Below, piece by piece: positions 1-10,836 of a stretch of DNA of 64,000 bases. The position numbers and the translations under genes are program-made. Below the pieces are notes generated by a model. It made no database searches. It was not told the origin of the DNA and saw only the letters and a program-made list of their open reading frames with translations. Positions within the stretch are counted from its first letter, which is position 1, and each line of letters begins with the position of its first letter. The DNA comes from Candidatus Dormibacteria bacterium (GTDB lineage Bacteria; Chloroflexota; Dormibacteria; Aeolococcales; Bog-877). The stretch is from contig JBEKRL010000001.1 of NCBI GenBank assembly GCA_049518775.1, positions 4,076-68,075 on the forward strand, written 5' to 3'.

Positions 1-256
1 GTAACGAAGTTCAGTTCTGCCGACTCGGACCACCAAAGCCGGCGGCTCGACTCCCTCGTCGCGAAACGCCTCGTACTCGGCCTGCCCGCTGGGAGTCTTC
101 AGGACCCATGGGTCCTCCCGAGTTCCCTGGCCCTTCATTTGCTCTGCTACCTCCCTGCATCCGGTTCGTTGCCACCCCCAGGGTGCCCTTGACCTGCTGC
201 TGCGCCGCGACGGTTGCTTTAGGCCGCACGGAGGGCGCTCTCGGCCCCCGACCCCG

Positions 257-1639
257 TTATCCCGAGCCACGCACCAGTTCGAGGCCGGCCTCGCCGATGC
301 GGCTGAGGTCGTCGTCGACCAGGACCACCTCGCGGCCCGCCCGGTCCAGCAGGCTGGCGGCGACGCTGGCCCGGTACCCGCCGCCGCAGTGCACCCAGGT
401 GGGCCGGTCGGGGAGCCCCCCGACCCGTTCAAGCAGGTCCGGCAAGTGGATGTTGGTGGCGTTCCGTACGTGCCCTTCCAACCACTCGTCCGGGCGGCGG
501 GCGTCCAGGACCTGGATCTCCTCCGAGCCAACCGCTCGGGCCAGGCCCGCGAAGTCGGTGACCAGGTAGGAGGAGCTGCCCAGCTCACGTTGCAGCTCCG
601 CGAGCGGCGCCGAGCACCAGCCGGCCAGCCAGTCGGCCCCGATCCGGCCCAGGTCCCGGCGAGCGCGGGCCACCTGCTCCGGGCTGCTGGCAACCAAGGT
701 AAGGGGGGAGCCCCAGGGTACGACCCAGCCGACGTAGGTGGCGAGCAGGTCGCCAGCGGGGAAGTTGACGGTGCCGGCGACGTGTGAGGCCCCGAACTCG
801 GTACCCGGCCTCAGGTCGATCACCCAACCACCCGCGGCGATCGTTCGGCCCACCTGGTCAAGATCGACCTCAGCTGGCAGAGAAAGGTCGGCGGGCTCCG
901 CCCCCTCCCGGTTGATCCCGTCCATGTAGGCGTAGTAGCGGGGGTAGAGCGAATAACCCGCCACCAGCCGGCGGACGAACTCCTCCTCGCCCTCGAGGAC
1001 GGCGGGGTTGACGCTCCGCTGGTCCCCGATGGTGCCGCCGGGCTCGCTCCGGGTTGCCGGGCCACTGGCGCAGAAGCTCCCGAACCCGTGGGTGGGGAAG
1101 AGTTGCAGCTCCTCGGGAAGTGCCGCGAGCCGGCGCGCCGAGCGGTGTTGCGCGCGGGCCAGCTCCACGGTCATCGCGGGTGAGATGAGGTCGGTCCGGC
1201 CGACGGCCCCGTACAGGAGCGAGCCGCCGCTGAAGACGGCTCGGGGCTCTCGGCCGGCCCAGATCAGGAAGGCGAGGTGGCCAGGGGTGTGGCCCGGGGT
1301 GGCCAGCGTTTCTAGGGTCATCGACCCCACCTCGAGCCGATCGCCCTCCCCCACCGGGTGACGCTCGAACCCGACCTCCTCGTCGGAGGCCACCAGGTAG
1401 CGCGCCCCCAGGCCCCGGGCCAAGGCCCAGCCACCGGAGACGTAGTCGTTGTGGATGTGGGTTTCGGCGACGCAGGTGATGGTGACCCGGGCCGCGTCGG
1501 CCAGCGCCAGGAGCCGGTCGACGTCTCGCTGCGGGTCGATCACGACCGCCTGGCGGCCGTCGTGGACCAGGTAGGAGCGGTCGCCAAGCTGCGGCGTCTC
1601 GAGGGTAACGACTTCAACCAAGTTCCCAAACCTCCTCAT
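257..1639 (-). CDS. MBL-fold metallo-hydrolase fused to two rhodanese domains (persulfide dioxygenase-sulfurtransferase-like)
   Basis: C-terminal ~460 aa of the 257..3478 ORF starts MRRFGNLVEV (ATG complement at 1637-1639). HIHNDY metal motif and a GHTPGH beta-lactamase-fold signature are present. Two rhodanese-like modules follow, with a CGGGYRAS active-site loop at the C-terminus. The upstream part of the long ORF is antisense to the FolD gene and is not counted. Confidence 0.75.
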   Translation of the reverse strand: MRRFGNLVEVVTLETPQLGDRSYLVHDGRQAVVIDPQRDVDRLLALADAARVTITCVAETHIHNDYVSGGWALARGLGARYLVASDEEVGFERHPVGEGDRLEVGSMTLETLATPGHTPGHLAFLIWAGREPRAVFSGGSLLYGAVGRTDLISPAMTVELARAQHRSARRLAALPEELQLFPTHGFGSFCASGPATRSEPGGTIGDQRSVNPAVLEGEEEFVRRLVAGYSLYPRYYAYMDGINREGAEPADLSLPAEVDLDQVGRTIAAGGWVIDLRPGTEFGASHVAGTVNFPAGDLLATYVGWVVPWGSPLTLVASSPEQVARARRDLGRIGADWLAGWCSAPLAELQRELGSSSYLVTDFAGLARAVGSEEIQVLDARRPDEWLEGHVRNATNIHLPDLLERVGGLPDRPTWVHCGGGYRASVAASLLDRAGREVVLVDDDLSRIGEAGLELVRGSG

Positions 1640-2025
1640 GTGGCGTGTCGTCGCGCTCGCTCTTCGAGCGTTCCGGGCGGGACCGGGACCGACCGGGCCA
1701 CCGAACGGGCTAGTGTGACAGGCACTCCCGGGCGGGGCATTCACCGGCTGAACCGTTTGGCCCCGGGGGGTTGGCCTTGCCCCACGGAGGGCCGGCTGAA
1801 CCGGCGCCGTCGAGGGCCCTGGCCTGCGAGCCTCCGATGCCGCCTGATACGGTCGCGCCATCGCGGATTTCAGCGGGATCAAACGATTGGGCAACGTCCC
1901 CAAAGTGATCGTGCCCGGCTCGGAAGCGGGGCCAGGCGCCGCGGGACCGTTGACGGGCCCAGGGCCACTTCCTGGGGCCGGGCGCACCGGGCCCGGCTGG
2001 AGGCGGTCGGGTCCGGGAGGGATGT

Positions 2026-3313
2026 GATGGCTTTCACCAGCGCGTCCAACCGGGTGGATCTGACCCCGCTGCTGGAGCAGCTTCGAGCTGAGCTGAGGGA
2101 GAGATGCCAGCGGCGCAGGCGTCCGTACCGGCTGGGAGTCGTGGTCGAGCAGGGCAACGTGGCGGGGAGCTCCTTCGCGCGCTCGCTGGAACGTGAGGCG
2201 GTGGCCGGGGGCGTGGATGTCGTCCACCGGACTGTCCCCGGCGACGATGCCGAGGCCACCCTCACGGCCCTCGACGCCCTGGTGGTGGACCCCACCGTCG
2301 ACGGGGTGGTAGTGGTCCAGCCGGTGGCGTCCCTGCCCCAGGGCGTGGTGGCCGCCCACCTCCCGGCCAGCAAGGATGTGGAGGCGGTCACCCCGGCTGC
2401 CCTCAGCGCCGCCAGCGAGGGGAGACGGCGGGGGACGCCTGTGGCAGAGGCCTGCTACGCCACCTTGGTCCATCTCGGCGTGGACTGCTCCCGAGCCCGG
2501 ATCCTCATCGTTGGCCACGGACCGACCGGCGGCCGCCCGATTGCCCAGCGCCTGCTGGCGACGGGGGCCCAGGTCGCGGTGATCCAGAGTGAGATCGCCG
2601 AGGTGGACCCGTTGCCTGCCTACGACGTGCTGATCTCGGCGGTGGGCATCCCTGGGGTCACGCCCGCCTCGGCGATCCGGCCCGGCACCACGGTCCTGGA
2701 TGTCGGCACCTCGATGAAGCACGGACAGCTCCGGGGCGACATCTCGGAGGATGCCGCGGCGGCAGCCGCCAGGGTGACCCCGGTGCCCGGTGGGATAGGC
2801 CGGATCACCTCGGTCTGCGCCCTGCTCTCCTTGACCGAGCTGGGAGGGCTCCAACCGGGGCCGGTGGCCTCGTGGTCGCTTCTGGAGACGGTGGCCCGGA
2901 TGCTCTCTCCGCATGATGCCGCCGGGGGCGCCGCCGCGGCGGCGGTGACCGGAGCGCTGGCCGCGGCCCTGGACGGCCTCTGCCGGATGCACGCGGGCGC
3001 CGGGGAGGTTTCCCAGTCCGGCCACGCGGCGGTCCGGCTGCTGCTGGCCGCGGACCGGGACCGGCTCGCTTTCGGCAGGTATCAGTCGGCGATCCGCGGC
3101 CGAGACCCCGCCACAGTCGAAGCCGCCAGGGAGGAGGCACTGGCGACCCCGGGCGAGATCGCCAGCCAGCTGCAGCTGCTGGAGGAGCGGCTCAGCCAGC
3201 TCCAGACCACGCCGTCCCTGAACGTGGACAGAAGACTGGCCCTGGCCCTGACCGTTGCGGCTCGGGAGGCGGTCCTCCGGCTCCAGTCCGAGTTCTCTTC
3301 CCAGGCTTCGTGA
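2026..3313 (+). CDS. folD: Bifunctional FolD-like methylene-THF dehydrogenase/cyclohydrolase fused to a formiminotransferase-cyclodeaminase/FchA-like C-terminal domain
   Basis: ATG at 2026 (MAFTSASN). The N-terminal ~290 aa shows FolD hallmarks: VVVVQPV, ILIVGHGPTGGRPIA, VGTS, PVPGGIGRIT. The C-terminal ~140 aa is an alanine-rich helical domain (AAVTGALAAALDGLC...AAVRLLLAADRDRLAF) resembling the cyclodeaminase/methenyl-THF cyclohydrolase family. Confidence 0.7.
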
Positions 3314-3314
3314 T

Positions 3315-4310
3315 CTAGGGAACCAGAACCGCGGCCCCCTGGATGCGATCCCCTTCAAGCTCGACCAAGGCGGCGTTGGCCTCGGCGAGCGGGAAGGTCT
3401 CGACCAGGGTGCGGATGGGGATCCGCTGGGCGAGCTGGAGGAACTCCGCGCTGTCCTGGCGCGTGAAGTTGGCCACACTGACCAGCCTGCGCTCCCAATA
3501 GAGACGGTCGTACGAGAACTCCGGGATCCGGTCGAGGTGGATCGCGTTGACGACGCAGGTCCCGCCCCGGTCGAGCGCGCTTAGGGCCTCCACCACCACC
3601 GCTCCGGCAGGGGCGAAGGTGATGGCACCCTGGAGAGGCCGGGGCGGGGTCTGACCCGGCTCGCCGACCCATTCAGCCCCCAGCTCCCTTGCCCGCTCAC
3701 GGGCAGCGAGGCCTCGAGTCACCACGAACAGCTGGCAGCCCTGTCGGAGCGCCAACTGGGCCACCAGCAGGGCGGAGGCGCCGAACCCATAGAGGCCGAG
3801 CCGGTCCCCCCGGCCGAGTCCGGTCAGCCTGAAGGCCCGGTAGCCGATGATCCCCCCGCAGATCAGGGGTGCCAGCTCCACCGGATTCCCGGTCTCGGCC
3901 AGTGGCTGCGCATAGTCCGCCCTCACCACGACCTGGGTGGCGAAGCCGCCGTCGCGGTCCCAGCCGGTGAAGGTCGCGCTCCGACAGAGGTTCTCCCGGC
4001 TGCTGAGGCAGAGGTCGCATCCGCCGCAGGTGGAAGCCAGCCAGCCGACCCCCAGCCGCCTGCCGATCAGCTCTGCGGAGACCCCCTCTCCAACTTCCAG
4101 TACCCGGCCCACGATCTGGTGCCCGGGCACGATCGGGAGCAACTTCGCCCTGAGGTCCCCCGAGCTGATCTGGAGGTCGGTGCGGCAGACCGCGCAGGCC
4201 TCCACCTTCAGCCGAACCTCGCCGGGGCCTGGTTTGGGGTCGGGCCGGGACGCTGCGCGCAGCGGCCGGCTCGCAGCCGCTCCAGGGGCCGCCAGTTCCA
4301 TGACTTCCAT
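3315..4310 (-). CDS. Zinc-dependent alcohol dehydrogenase family oxidoreductase
   Basis: CAVCRTDLQ, GHQIVGRV and GGCDLC zinc-ligand motifs; Rossmann GFGASALLVAQLA. Start placed at MEVMELAAP. Confidence 0.8.
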   Translation of the reverse strand: MEVMELAAPGAAASRPLRAASRPDPKPGPGEVRLKVEACAVCRTDLQISSGDLRAKLLPIVPGHQIVGRVLEVGEGVSAELIGRRLGVGWLASTCGGCDLCLSSRENLCRSATFTGWDRDGGFATQVVVRADYAQPLAETGNPVELAPLICGGIIGYRAFRLTGLGRGDRLGLYGFGASALLVAQLALRQGCQLFVVTRGLAARERARELGAEWVGEPGQTPPRPLQGAITFAPAGAVVVEALSALDRGGTCVVNAIHLDRIPEFSYDRLYWERRLVSVANFTRQDSAEFLQLAQRIPIRTLVETFPLAEANAALVELEGDRIQGAAVLVP

Positions 4311-4363
4311 CCGCGAGTATTGTCGGGCAGCGGCGGCGCCGCGACGGCGGCTAGGCTTCGGGG

Positions 4364-5857
4364 ATGCGCTGGTCCTCACTGGCGGAGGCGCTTGGGATCC
4401 CAGCCCCCAAGGGCCTGGGGCAGACCGAGGTCACCGGGATCACCTATGACTCCCGGAAGAGCGGGCCGGGTTCGGTATTTGTGGCGATCCGTGGCCAGCA
4501 CCGCGACGGGCACCGTTTCGTGGCCGAGTCACTCGCCAGGGGGGCACTGGTGGCGGTGGCCGAGAAGCCGCCGGAAGGGGTCGATCGGAGCCGCCTGGTT
4601 CTGGTCCCCAACTCGCGCGCGGCGCTGGCGGTCTTGGCTGCCACCTACTTCGGCCACCCGTCCTCCGCGGTCCCAGTGGTGGGAGTCACCGGCACTGACG
4701 GCAAGACCACCACCGCCACCCTCCTCCACTCCGCGCTCAGCATCTCCCTGGGGACTGTCGGCAGCCTGAGCACGGTGGACTTCCGGATTGGCCGCGAGGT
4801 CGAGCCCAACCGGTCGCGACAGACGACCCTGGAGTCGCCGGAGCTGCAGGGTTGGCTGCGGCGGATGGTCGACCGGGGCTGCCGGGCGATCGTGGTCGAG
4901 GCCACCTCCCACGGACTCGCGCTGGGCCGGTTGGACGGGATCCGCTTCGCCGGGGCGGTCTACACCAACATCACGCACGAGCACCTGGACTTTCACGGCA
5001 CCTGGGAGGCCTACTTCGAAGCCAAATCTCGGCTCCTGGAGCGATCCGTCGCTGCGGGTGGCTTCGCCGTCCTCAACCGGGACGACTCCCGCGCCTATCC
5101 CCTGCTGCTGCCCAGGGCGGGCCGGCGCCGCCTCAGCTACAGCGCCAGCGGCGCCAAGGAGGCCGAGCTTCGGGCCGAGTCGGTTCGGCGCTCAGATCCG
5201 GGCCTCACCTTCACTGCCACGACCCCTGCCGGCAGGACTGAAGTGGCGCTGGAGATCCCGGGACGCTGGAATGTGGGCAACGCGCTGGCCGCCTTGGGTG
5301 CGGGGTTGCTCCTCGAGCAGCCCCTGGAGGAGTTGGTGGCGGGGCTGGGGAGCCTGAAAGCGGTCCCGGGCCGGATGGAATCGGTGGAGCTGGGCCAGCC
5401 GTTCCAGGTCATCGTCGACTACGCCCACACCCCGGCAGCCTTGACCGTCGCCCTGCATGAGCTAAGAGCGGCCACCGCCGGGCGGCTATGGGTCGTCTTC
5501 GGCAGCGCCGGCGAGCGGGACATCGCCAAGCGGGCCGAGATGGGCCGAATCGCAGTCCAGCTCGCCGACCTGACGGTGGTCACCAGTGAGGATCCCCGCG
5601 GTGAGGACCCCGAGCAGAGCGTCGGGGAGATCTTCGAGGCGGCCGTTGCGGCCGGGGGAAGACCGGGCGAGAACCTCCGCCGCGAGCCGGACCGGGCGGC
5701 CGCGATCCGGCTCGCGATCTCGGGGGCGGCGCTGGGCGACACCGTCTTGCTGGCCGGCAAGGGCCACGAGGCCAGCATCATCGGGGCGGACGGCCCGGTG
5801 CCCTGGAGCGAGCGGGGCACCGCCGAGGCCGCCATCCTGGAGAGACTGGGGAGATGA
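4364..5857 (+). CDS. murE: UDP-N-acetylmuramoyl-L-alanyl-D-glutamate--2,6-diaminopimelate ligase (MurE), located outside any dcw cluster
   Basis: ITYDSRKSGPGSVFVAIRG; P-loop GVTGTDGKTTT; NITHEHLDFHG; C-terminal DYAHTP...AGKGHE. Confidence 0.85.
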   Translation: MRWSSLAEALGIPAPKGLGQTEVTGITYDSRKSGPGSVFVAIRGQHRDGHRFVAESLARGALVAVAEKPPEGVDRSRLVLVPNSRAALAVLAATYFGHPSSAVPVVGVTGTDGKTTTATLLHSALSISLGTVGSLSTVDFRIGREVEPNRSRQTTLESPELQGWLRRMVDRGCRAIVVEATSHGLALGRLDGIRFAGAVYTNITHEHLDFHGTWEAYFEAKSRLLERSVAAGGFAVLNRDDSRAYPLLLPRAGRRRLSYSASGAKEAELRAESVRRSDPGLTFTATTPAGRTEVALEIPGRWNVGNALAALGAGLLLEQPLEELVAGLGSLKAVPGRMESVELGQPFQVIVDYAHTPAALTVALHELRAATAGRLWVVFGSAGERDIAKRAEMGRIAVQLADLTVVTSEDPRGEDPEQSVGEIFEAAVAAGGRPGENLRREPDRAAAIRLAISGAALGDTVLLAGKGHEASIIGADGPVPWSERGTAEAAILERLGR

Positions 5858-6263
5858 ACCTGGTCGAGGGCCTCCTGCGGCCGCTCGCACCAGCCGACAG
5901 GCTCCGCTTGAACCCGCGGGAAGGCGAGCGGGGCCGGGGCGGCGAGCCGTGCGCCCAAGGCCGACGTTGTCGCTACCACCTTGGTGGCCATGATGGCTAC
6001 CGTGGTCACCATCGCCACCACCAGGAACGTCGCCACGAGCCTCCCCTACCCAGCGCTCTTCCCTGTGTTTGTCCTCGTCCCCAGGACGGTGATCACCGCG
6101 ACCGTTTGCCACCTGGTGGGCGGCGTCGCCCGGATCTACGCCTGCATCCTCGCCGTTCCCGTCGTCTGCGGCTCGACCCGGGCTTCCGGTTTGCGGCAGG
6201 CTCCGGCGTGAGCCGCGAGGCGTTTGCGCAGGCGTGGCCGCGCCCGGAGGAGATCAGGTGGCG

Positions 6264-7811
6264 ATGACCCCCTCAGCCCGGACGGTGGTGGTCGGCACCT
6301 TCGGAGTCTCTGCCGGCGAGGTGGTCTCGGTGGCTCGGATGGGGGCCAGAACCGAGATCGCCGAGGAGGCTCGGGAGGCCATGGGCCGGGCCCGGGTCCT
6401 GGTCGACCGGGCCGGCGAGAGCCCGGACGCCGTGTACGGCGTCTCCACCGGCTTCGGCCTCCTCGCCAGCACCCGGATCGAACCGGGCCGGAGGTCTGAG
6501 CTCCAACACGCGCTGATCCGCTCCCACGCGGCGGGGATGGGATCAGCCGTGGAGACCGAGGTGGTTCGGGCGATGATGTTCCTGCGGGTCCGCAGCCTTT
6601 GCATGGGCCTCTCGGGGAACCGGCCAGAGATCGCAGGCGGGCTCGCCGACCTCCTCAACTCTGGCATCACGCCGGTGGTTCCCGAGTTCGGCTCGGTGGG
6701 GGCGAGTGGCGATCTCGCGCCTCTCGCCCACATGTCCCTGGTGCTCTTGGGAGAAGGTCAGGCAGAGCTTCCCGACGGTCGGGTCGTGCCCGGTGCGGAG
6801 GCGCTCAAGGAGGCCGGGCTGCGACCCCTGCGCCTGGAGGTCAAGGAGGGGCTCAGTCTTATCAACGGCACCGACGGAATGCTGGGGATGCTGGTCCTGG
6901 CCCTCGCCGACCTGATGGTGCTGCTGCCGACGGCGGACCTGGCGGCCGCCGTCTCAACCGAGGGACTGCTGGGGACCGATCGGCCATTCGCCGCTGAACT
7001 GCATACCATCCGGCCTCACCCGGGGCAGGTCCAGAGCGCCGCCAACCTCCGGTCGCTCCTCTCCGGATCTCCGATCCTGGCCTCCCATCGTGACTCCCCC
7101 CACCTGGTCCAGGACGCCTACTCCACCCGCTGCGCGCCCCAGGTGCATGGGGCCGCCCGTGACACCGTCACCTTCGCCCGACAGGTCGCCGAGCGCGAAC
7201 TCCAGTCCGCCGTCGACAACCCGGTGGTGCTCCCCGACGGCCGACTCGAGTCGACCGGCAACTTTCACGGCGAGCCGCTCGCCTTCGCCGCCGACTTCCT
7301 GGCCATCGCGGCCGCCGAGGTGGGGGCAATCTCCGAGCGCCGGCTGGACCGGATACTGGACCCAGCCCGCTCGGCCGGGCTGCCCCCGTTTCTCGCCTCC
7401 GAGGCCGGGGTCAACTCCGGGCTGATGATCGCCCAGTACACCGCCGCCTCGATCGTGGCCGAGAACCGACGCCTCGCCCAGCCTGCCAGCGTGGACTCGA
7501 TCCCCACGTCGGGGATGCAGGAGGACCATGTCTCAATGGGTTGGGGGGCGGCTCGAAAGCTGCGCCAGGTGCTGACCAACCTCGCGCGCGTTCTGGCCGT
7601 CGAGCTGCTGGCCGCCGCCCGCGCCATCGAGTTGCGAGCGCCCCTGCAGCCGTCCCCGGTGGACGCTGCGGTGGCCGAGCTCGTGCGTGAGCTCGGAGGC
7701 GGTGTCGGCCCGGACCGGTTCCTGGCGCCGGAGCTGGAGGCGGTGGCCAGCGCGGTGAGGACAGGTGACGTGCTCCGCCGCGCCGAGTCGGTGCTGGGAC
7801 CGATCCCGTGA
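6264..7811 (+). CDS. hutH: Histidine ammonia-lyase
   Basis: [14 protein letters not shown]-forming motif; full-length HAL similarity. An upstream GTG at 6234 is an alternative start. Confidence 0.9.
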   Translation: MTPSARTVVVGTFGVSAGEVVSVARMGARTEIAEEAREAMGRARVLVDRAGESPDAVYGVSTGFGLLASTRIEPGRRSELQHALIRSHAAGMGSAVETEVVRAMMFLRVRSLCMGLSGNRPEIAGGLADLLNSGITPVVPEFGSVGASGDLAPLAHMSLVLLGEGQAELPDGRVVPGAEALKEAGLRPLRLEVKEGLSLINGTDGMLGMLVLALADLMVLLPTADLAAAVSTEGLLGTDRPFAAELHTIRPHPGQVQSAANLRSLLSGSPILASHRDSPHLVQDAYSTRCAPQVHGAARDTVTFARQVAERELQSAVDNPVVLPDGRLESTGNFHGEPLAFAADFLAIAAAEVGAISERRLDRILDPARSAGLPPFLASEAGVNSGLMIAQYTAASIVAENRRLAQPASVDSIPTSGMQEDHVSMGWGAARKLRQVLTNLARVLAVELLAAARAIELRAPLQPSPVDAAVAELVRELGGGVGPDRFLAPELEAVASAVRTGDVLRRAESVLGPIP

Positions 7812-9463
7812 GCGGGCCTCGTCCGGTCCGGGCCCCGCGCGGGACTGAAATCAGCTGCAAGGGCTGGCCTCAAGAGGCCGCCATGCGGATGCTCATGAAC
7901 AATCTCGACCCGGATGTCGCCGAGAACCCCGACGAGCTGGTGGTCTACGGTGGCTCCGGCCGGGCAGCCCGCTCCTGGGATGCCTTCGACGCCATCGTCC
8001 GCACCCTCCGGGGGCTGAAGGCGGACGAGACCCTCCTGGTCCAGTCCGGCAAGCCTGTGGGGGTCTTCAGGACCCACGAGTGGGCCCCCCGGGTACTGAT
8101 CGCCAACGCCCTCCTGGTTCCCCACTGGGCAACTCAGGACGAGTTCCGCCGCCTCGAGCAGGCGGGTCTGACCATGTACGGGCAGATGACCGCCGGGTCC
8201 TGGATCTACATCGGGACCCAGGGGATCCTCCAGGGAACCTACGAGACCTTCTCCGCCATCGCCGAGAAGCGGTTCGGGGGCTCTTTGGCGGGCACCGTCT
8301 CGGTCACGGCCGGGCTGGGGGGCATGGGAGGGGCCCAGCCTCTGGCAGTCACCATGAACGGGGGGGTGGCGCTCTGCATCGAGATAGACCCGGCCCGGAT
8401 CCAGCGCCGCCTGGACCACCGATACCTGGACAGCTGGGCGCCCGACCTCGACCAGGCGCTGGCCCAGGCGGAGTCGGCACGGCACCAGCGCCGGGCCCTC
8501 TCCATCGGGGTGCTGGGGAATGCGGCGGAGCTGGTTCCTGAGATCGTGAAGCGCGATTTCAGGATCGACATCGCCACCGACCAGACCCCCGCCCACGACC
8601 CCCTCATGTACGTGCCGGTCGGGCTCACGCTGCCCGAGGCGGCCGACCTCCGCCTGGAGGACCCGGAGGATTACGTTCGCCGCAGCCGCCACGACATGGC
8701 CCAGCACGTGGCCGCGTTGGTGCAGTTGCAGGACCGGGGGGCCGAGGTCTTCGACTACGGCAACAGCCTCCGGGCCGAAGCCGAGCTGGGGGGCTTCCAG
8801 CGAGCCTTCAGCTATCCGGGCTTCGTGCCCGCCTACATCCGCCCGCTCTTCAGCGAGGGCAAGGGCCCCTTCCGCTGGGTCGCGCTCAGTGGCGACCCGG
8901 CCGACATTGCGGCCACCGACCGGGCGGTGCTGGAGGAGTTCCCCGAGGACGAGGCGCGGGCCCGCTGGATCAGGATGGCCGGTGAGCGGGTGGCCTTCCA
9001 GGGCCTTCCCGCCCGGATCTGCTGGCTCGGCTACGGGGAGCGGGACCGGTTGGGGCTGCGCTTCAACCGCATGGTCGCCAAGGGCGACCTGAAGGCACCG
9101 ATCGTGATCGGACGGGACCACCTGGACGCGGGCTCGGTCGCCTCGCCGTACCGCGAGACGGAGGCGATGCGGGATGGCAGCGACGCCATCGCCGACTGGC
9201 CCATCCTCAACGCGCTGCTCAACACCTCCAGCGGGGCGACCTGGGTCTCGGTCCACCACGGCGGTGGCGTGGGGATCGGCCGCTCGATCCACTCCGGGCT
9301 GGTGGCCCTCGCCGACGGCACCGATCTGGCCGCCGAGAAGCTGGCCCGATGCCTGCTCAACGATCCCGGCACCGGGGTGATGCGTCACGCCGACGCGGGT
9401 TACGACATCGCTCTGGACACGGCCCGCGAGCGCGGGGTGCGGATCCCCATGCTGGAGGGCTGA
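7808..9463 (+). CDS. hutU: Urocanate hydratase
   Basis: Conserved N-terminus: [42 protein letters not shown]. The GTG start overlaps the hutH stop. Confidence 0.9.
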   Translation: MSGPRPVRAPRGTEISCKGWPQEAAMRMLMNNLDPDVAENPDELVVYGGSGRAARSWDAFDAIVRTLRGLKADETLLVQSGKPVGVFRTHEWAPRVLIANALLVPHWATQDEFRRLEQAGLTMYGQMTAGSWIYIGTQGILQGTYETFSAIAEKRFGGSLAGTVSVTAGLGGMGGAQPLAVTMNGGVALCIEIDPARIQRRLDHRYLDSWAPDLDQALAQAESARHQRRALSIGVLGNAAELVPEIVKRDFRIDIATDQTPAHDPLMYVPVGLTLPEAADLRLEDPEDYVRRSRHDMAQHVAALVQLQDRGAEVFDYGNSLRAEAELGGFQRAFSYPGFVPAYIRPLFSEGKGPFRWVALSGDPADIAATDRAVLEEFPEDEARARWIRMAGERVAFQGLPARICWLGYGERDRLGLRFNRMVAKGDLKAPIVIGRDHLDAGSVASPYRETEAMRDGSDAIADWPILNALLNTSSGATWVSVHHGGGVGIGRSIHSGLVALADGTDLAAEKLARCLLNDPGTGVMRHADAGYDIALDTARERGVRIPMLEG

Positions 9464-10836
9464 TGCCCAGCTGGCTGGCGGAGCTGGCCTGGACCGGCGA
9501 GCGGCTGGAGCGGCGGTTGCTGCTGGAGGAGAGGGAAGGAAGGCTGCGGCGGGTGGAGCCGTTGGGGGAGGCATCCGCCCCCGCCGGGACCAAGGTCCTG
9601 CCCGGGCTGACCCTGCCCGGCCTCGCCAACGTGCACTCCCACAGCTTCCAGCGAGCGCTGCGGGGCCGGACCGAGGAGCCACGCCGGGGCGGCGCTGACT
9701 TCTGGGGCTGGCGGGACCGGATGTACACGCTGGCGGGTCTGCTCAGCCCGGAGCAGTACTTCGAATTGAGCCGGGCGGCCATGGGCGAGATGGCCCTGGC
9801 GGGGATGACCGTGGTGGGGGAGTTCCACTACCTTCACCACCAGCCTCAGGGACAGCCCTATTTAGGGCTGGCGATGGAGGAGGCACTGGCGGCGGCGGCC
9901 GAGGAGGCCGGGATCCGGCTGACCCTCCTCGACACCTGTTACCTTCGCGCGGAGTTGGACTCGTCCCCGCTGGAGGGCGCCGCCCGGCGCTTCTCCGACC
10001 TGGATGCCGCCGGCTGGGCCAGGCGGGCTGGGCAGCTCCCGGAGCACCCCTGGGTGAGGCTCGGGGCCGCCATCCACAGCGTCCGAGCGGTGGAGCCGGA
10101 GGCGATGCGACTGGTGACCGCCTGGGCCGCGGACCGTCACGCCCCGCTCCACTTCCACCTGTCAGAGCAGCCCGCCGAGAACCGCGCCTGCCTCGAGGCG
10201 ACCGGGCAGACCCCGACCCAGCTCCTCGACTCCTGCGGAGCACTCTCGCCCGACGCCACCGCGGTTCACGCCATCCATCTGACCCCGGAGGACATCTCGC
10301 GGCTGGGGGCCTCGGAGACCAGAGTCTGCGTCTGCCCCACCACCGAGCGTGATCTGGGGGATGGGGTCTGCCCCGCCGATGAGCTCGCGGATGCCGGCAG
10401 CCAGCTCTGCCTGGGGAGCGACAGCAACGCCGTGGTGGACCTCTTCGAGGAGGCGAGGGCGGTGGAGCTGGACCTGCGGCTGGTCAGCGGCCGGCGCGGT
10501 CGGCTCAGCGCCGAAGCCCTGCTTGCCGCCGCCACCAGCCAGGGAGCGGCGGCGCTCGGCTGGGAGGCTGGGGCGCTCCGTCCGGGACTCCTCGCGGACT
10601 TCATCTCGCTCGACCTCGACAGCCCCCGGCTGGCTGGAGCGAGCCTCGCTGACCTGGTCCAGCGGGTGGTGTTCGGCGCCAGCGCCAGTGAAGTGCGCTC
10701 GGTGGTGGTGGGGGGCGAGGAGGTGGTGAGGGACGGCCACCACCTCCGTCTCGGGAGCGTCGCCGAGCGGCTCACCACCTCCCTGGAGGGACTGGAGCCG
10801 CGCTGGCGTGCGGCGCTGGCGGAAGGGCCCCCGTGA
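9463..10836 (+). CDS. hutF: Formimidoylglutamate deiminase (amidohydrolase superfamily)
   Basis: LPGLANVHSHSFQRALRG...DFWGWRDRMY...EFHYLHH matches the HutF N-terminus. ATG overlaps the hutU stop (TGATG). Confidence 0.75.
   Translation: MPSWLAELAWTGERLERRLLLEEREGRLRRVEPLGEASAPAGTKVLPGLTLPGLANVHSHSFQRALRGRTEEPRRGGADFWGWRDRMYTLAGLLSPEQYFELSRAAMGEMALAGMTVVGEFHYLHHQPQGQPYLGLAMEEALAAAAEEAGIRLTLLDTCYLRAELDSSPLEGAARRFSDLDAAGWARRAGQLPEHPWVRLGAAIHSVRAVEPEAMRLVTAWAADRHAPLHFHLSEQPAENRACLEATGQTPTQLLDSCGALSPDATAVHAIHLTPEDISRLGASETRVCVCPTTERDLGDGVCPADELADAGSQLCLGSDSNAVVDLFEEARAVELDLRLVSGRRGRLSAEALLAAATSQGAAALGWEAGALRPGLLADFISLDLDSPRLAGASLADLVQRVVFGASASEVRSVVVGGEEVVRDGHHLRLGSVAERLTTSLEGLEPRWRAALAEGPP

Noticed and set aside
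257-3478. 1073-aa minus-strand ORF
   Set aside because: Only the C-terminal 460 aa (MBL-rhodanese) are real. The remainder is antisense to the well-supported FolD gene and is a GC-rich open-frame artefact.
7265-9682. 805-aa minus-strand ORF
   Set aside because: Antisense to hutU/hutH; Pro/Arg/Gly-rich low-complexity translation typical of high-GC shadow ORFs.
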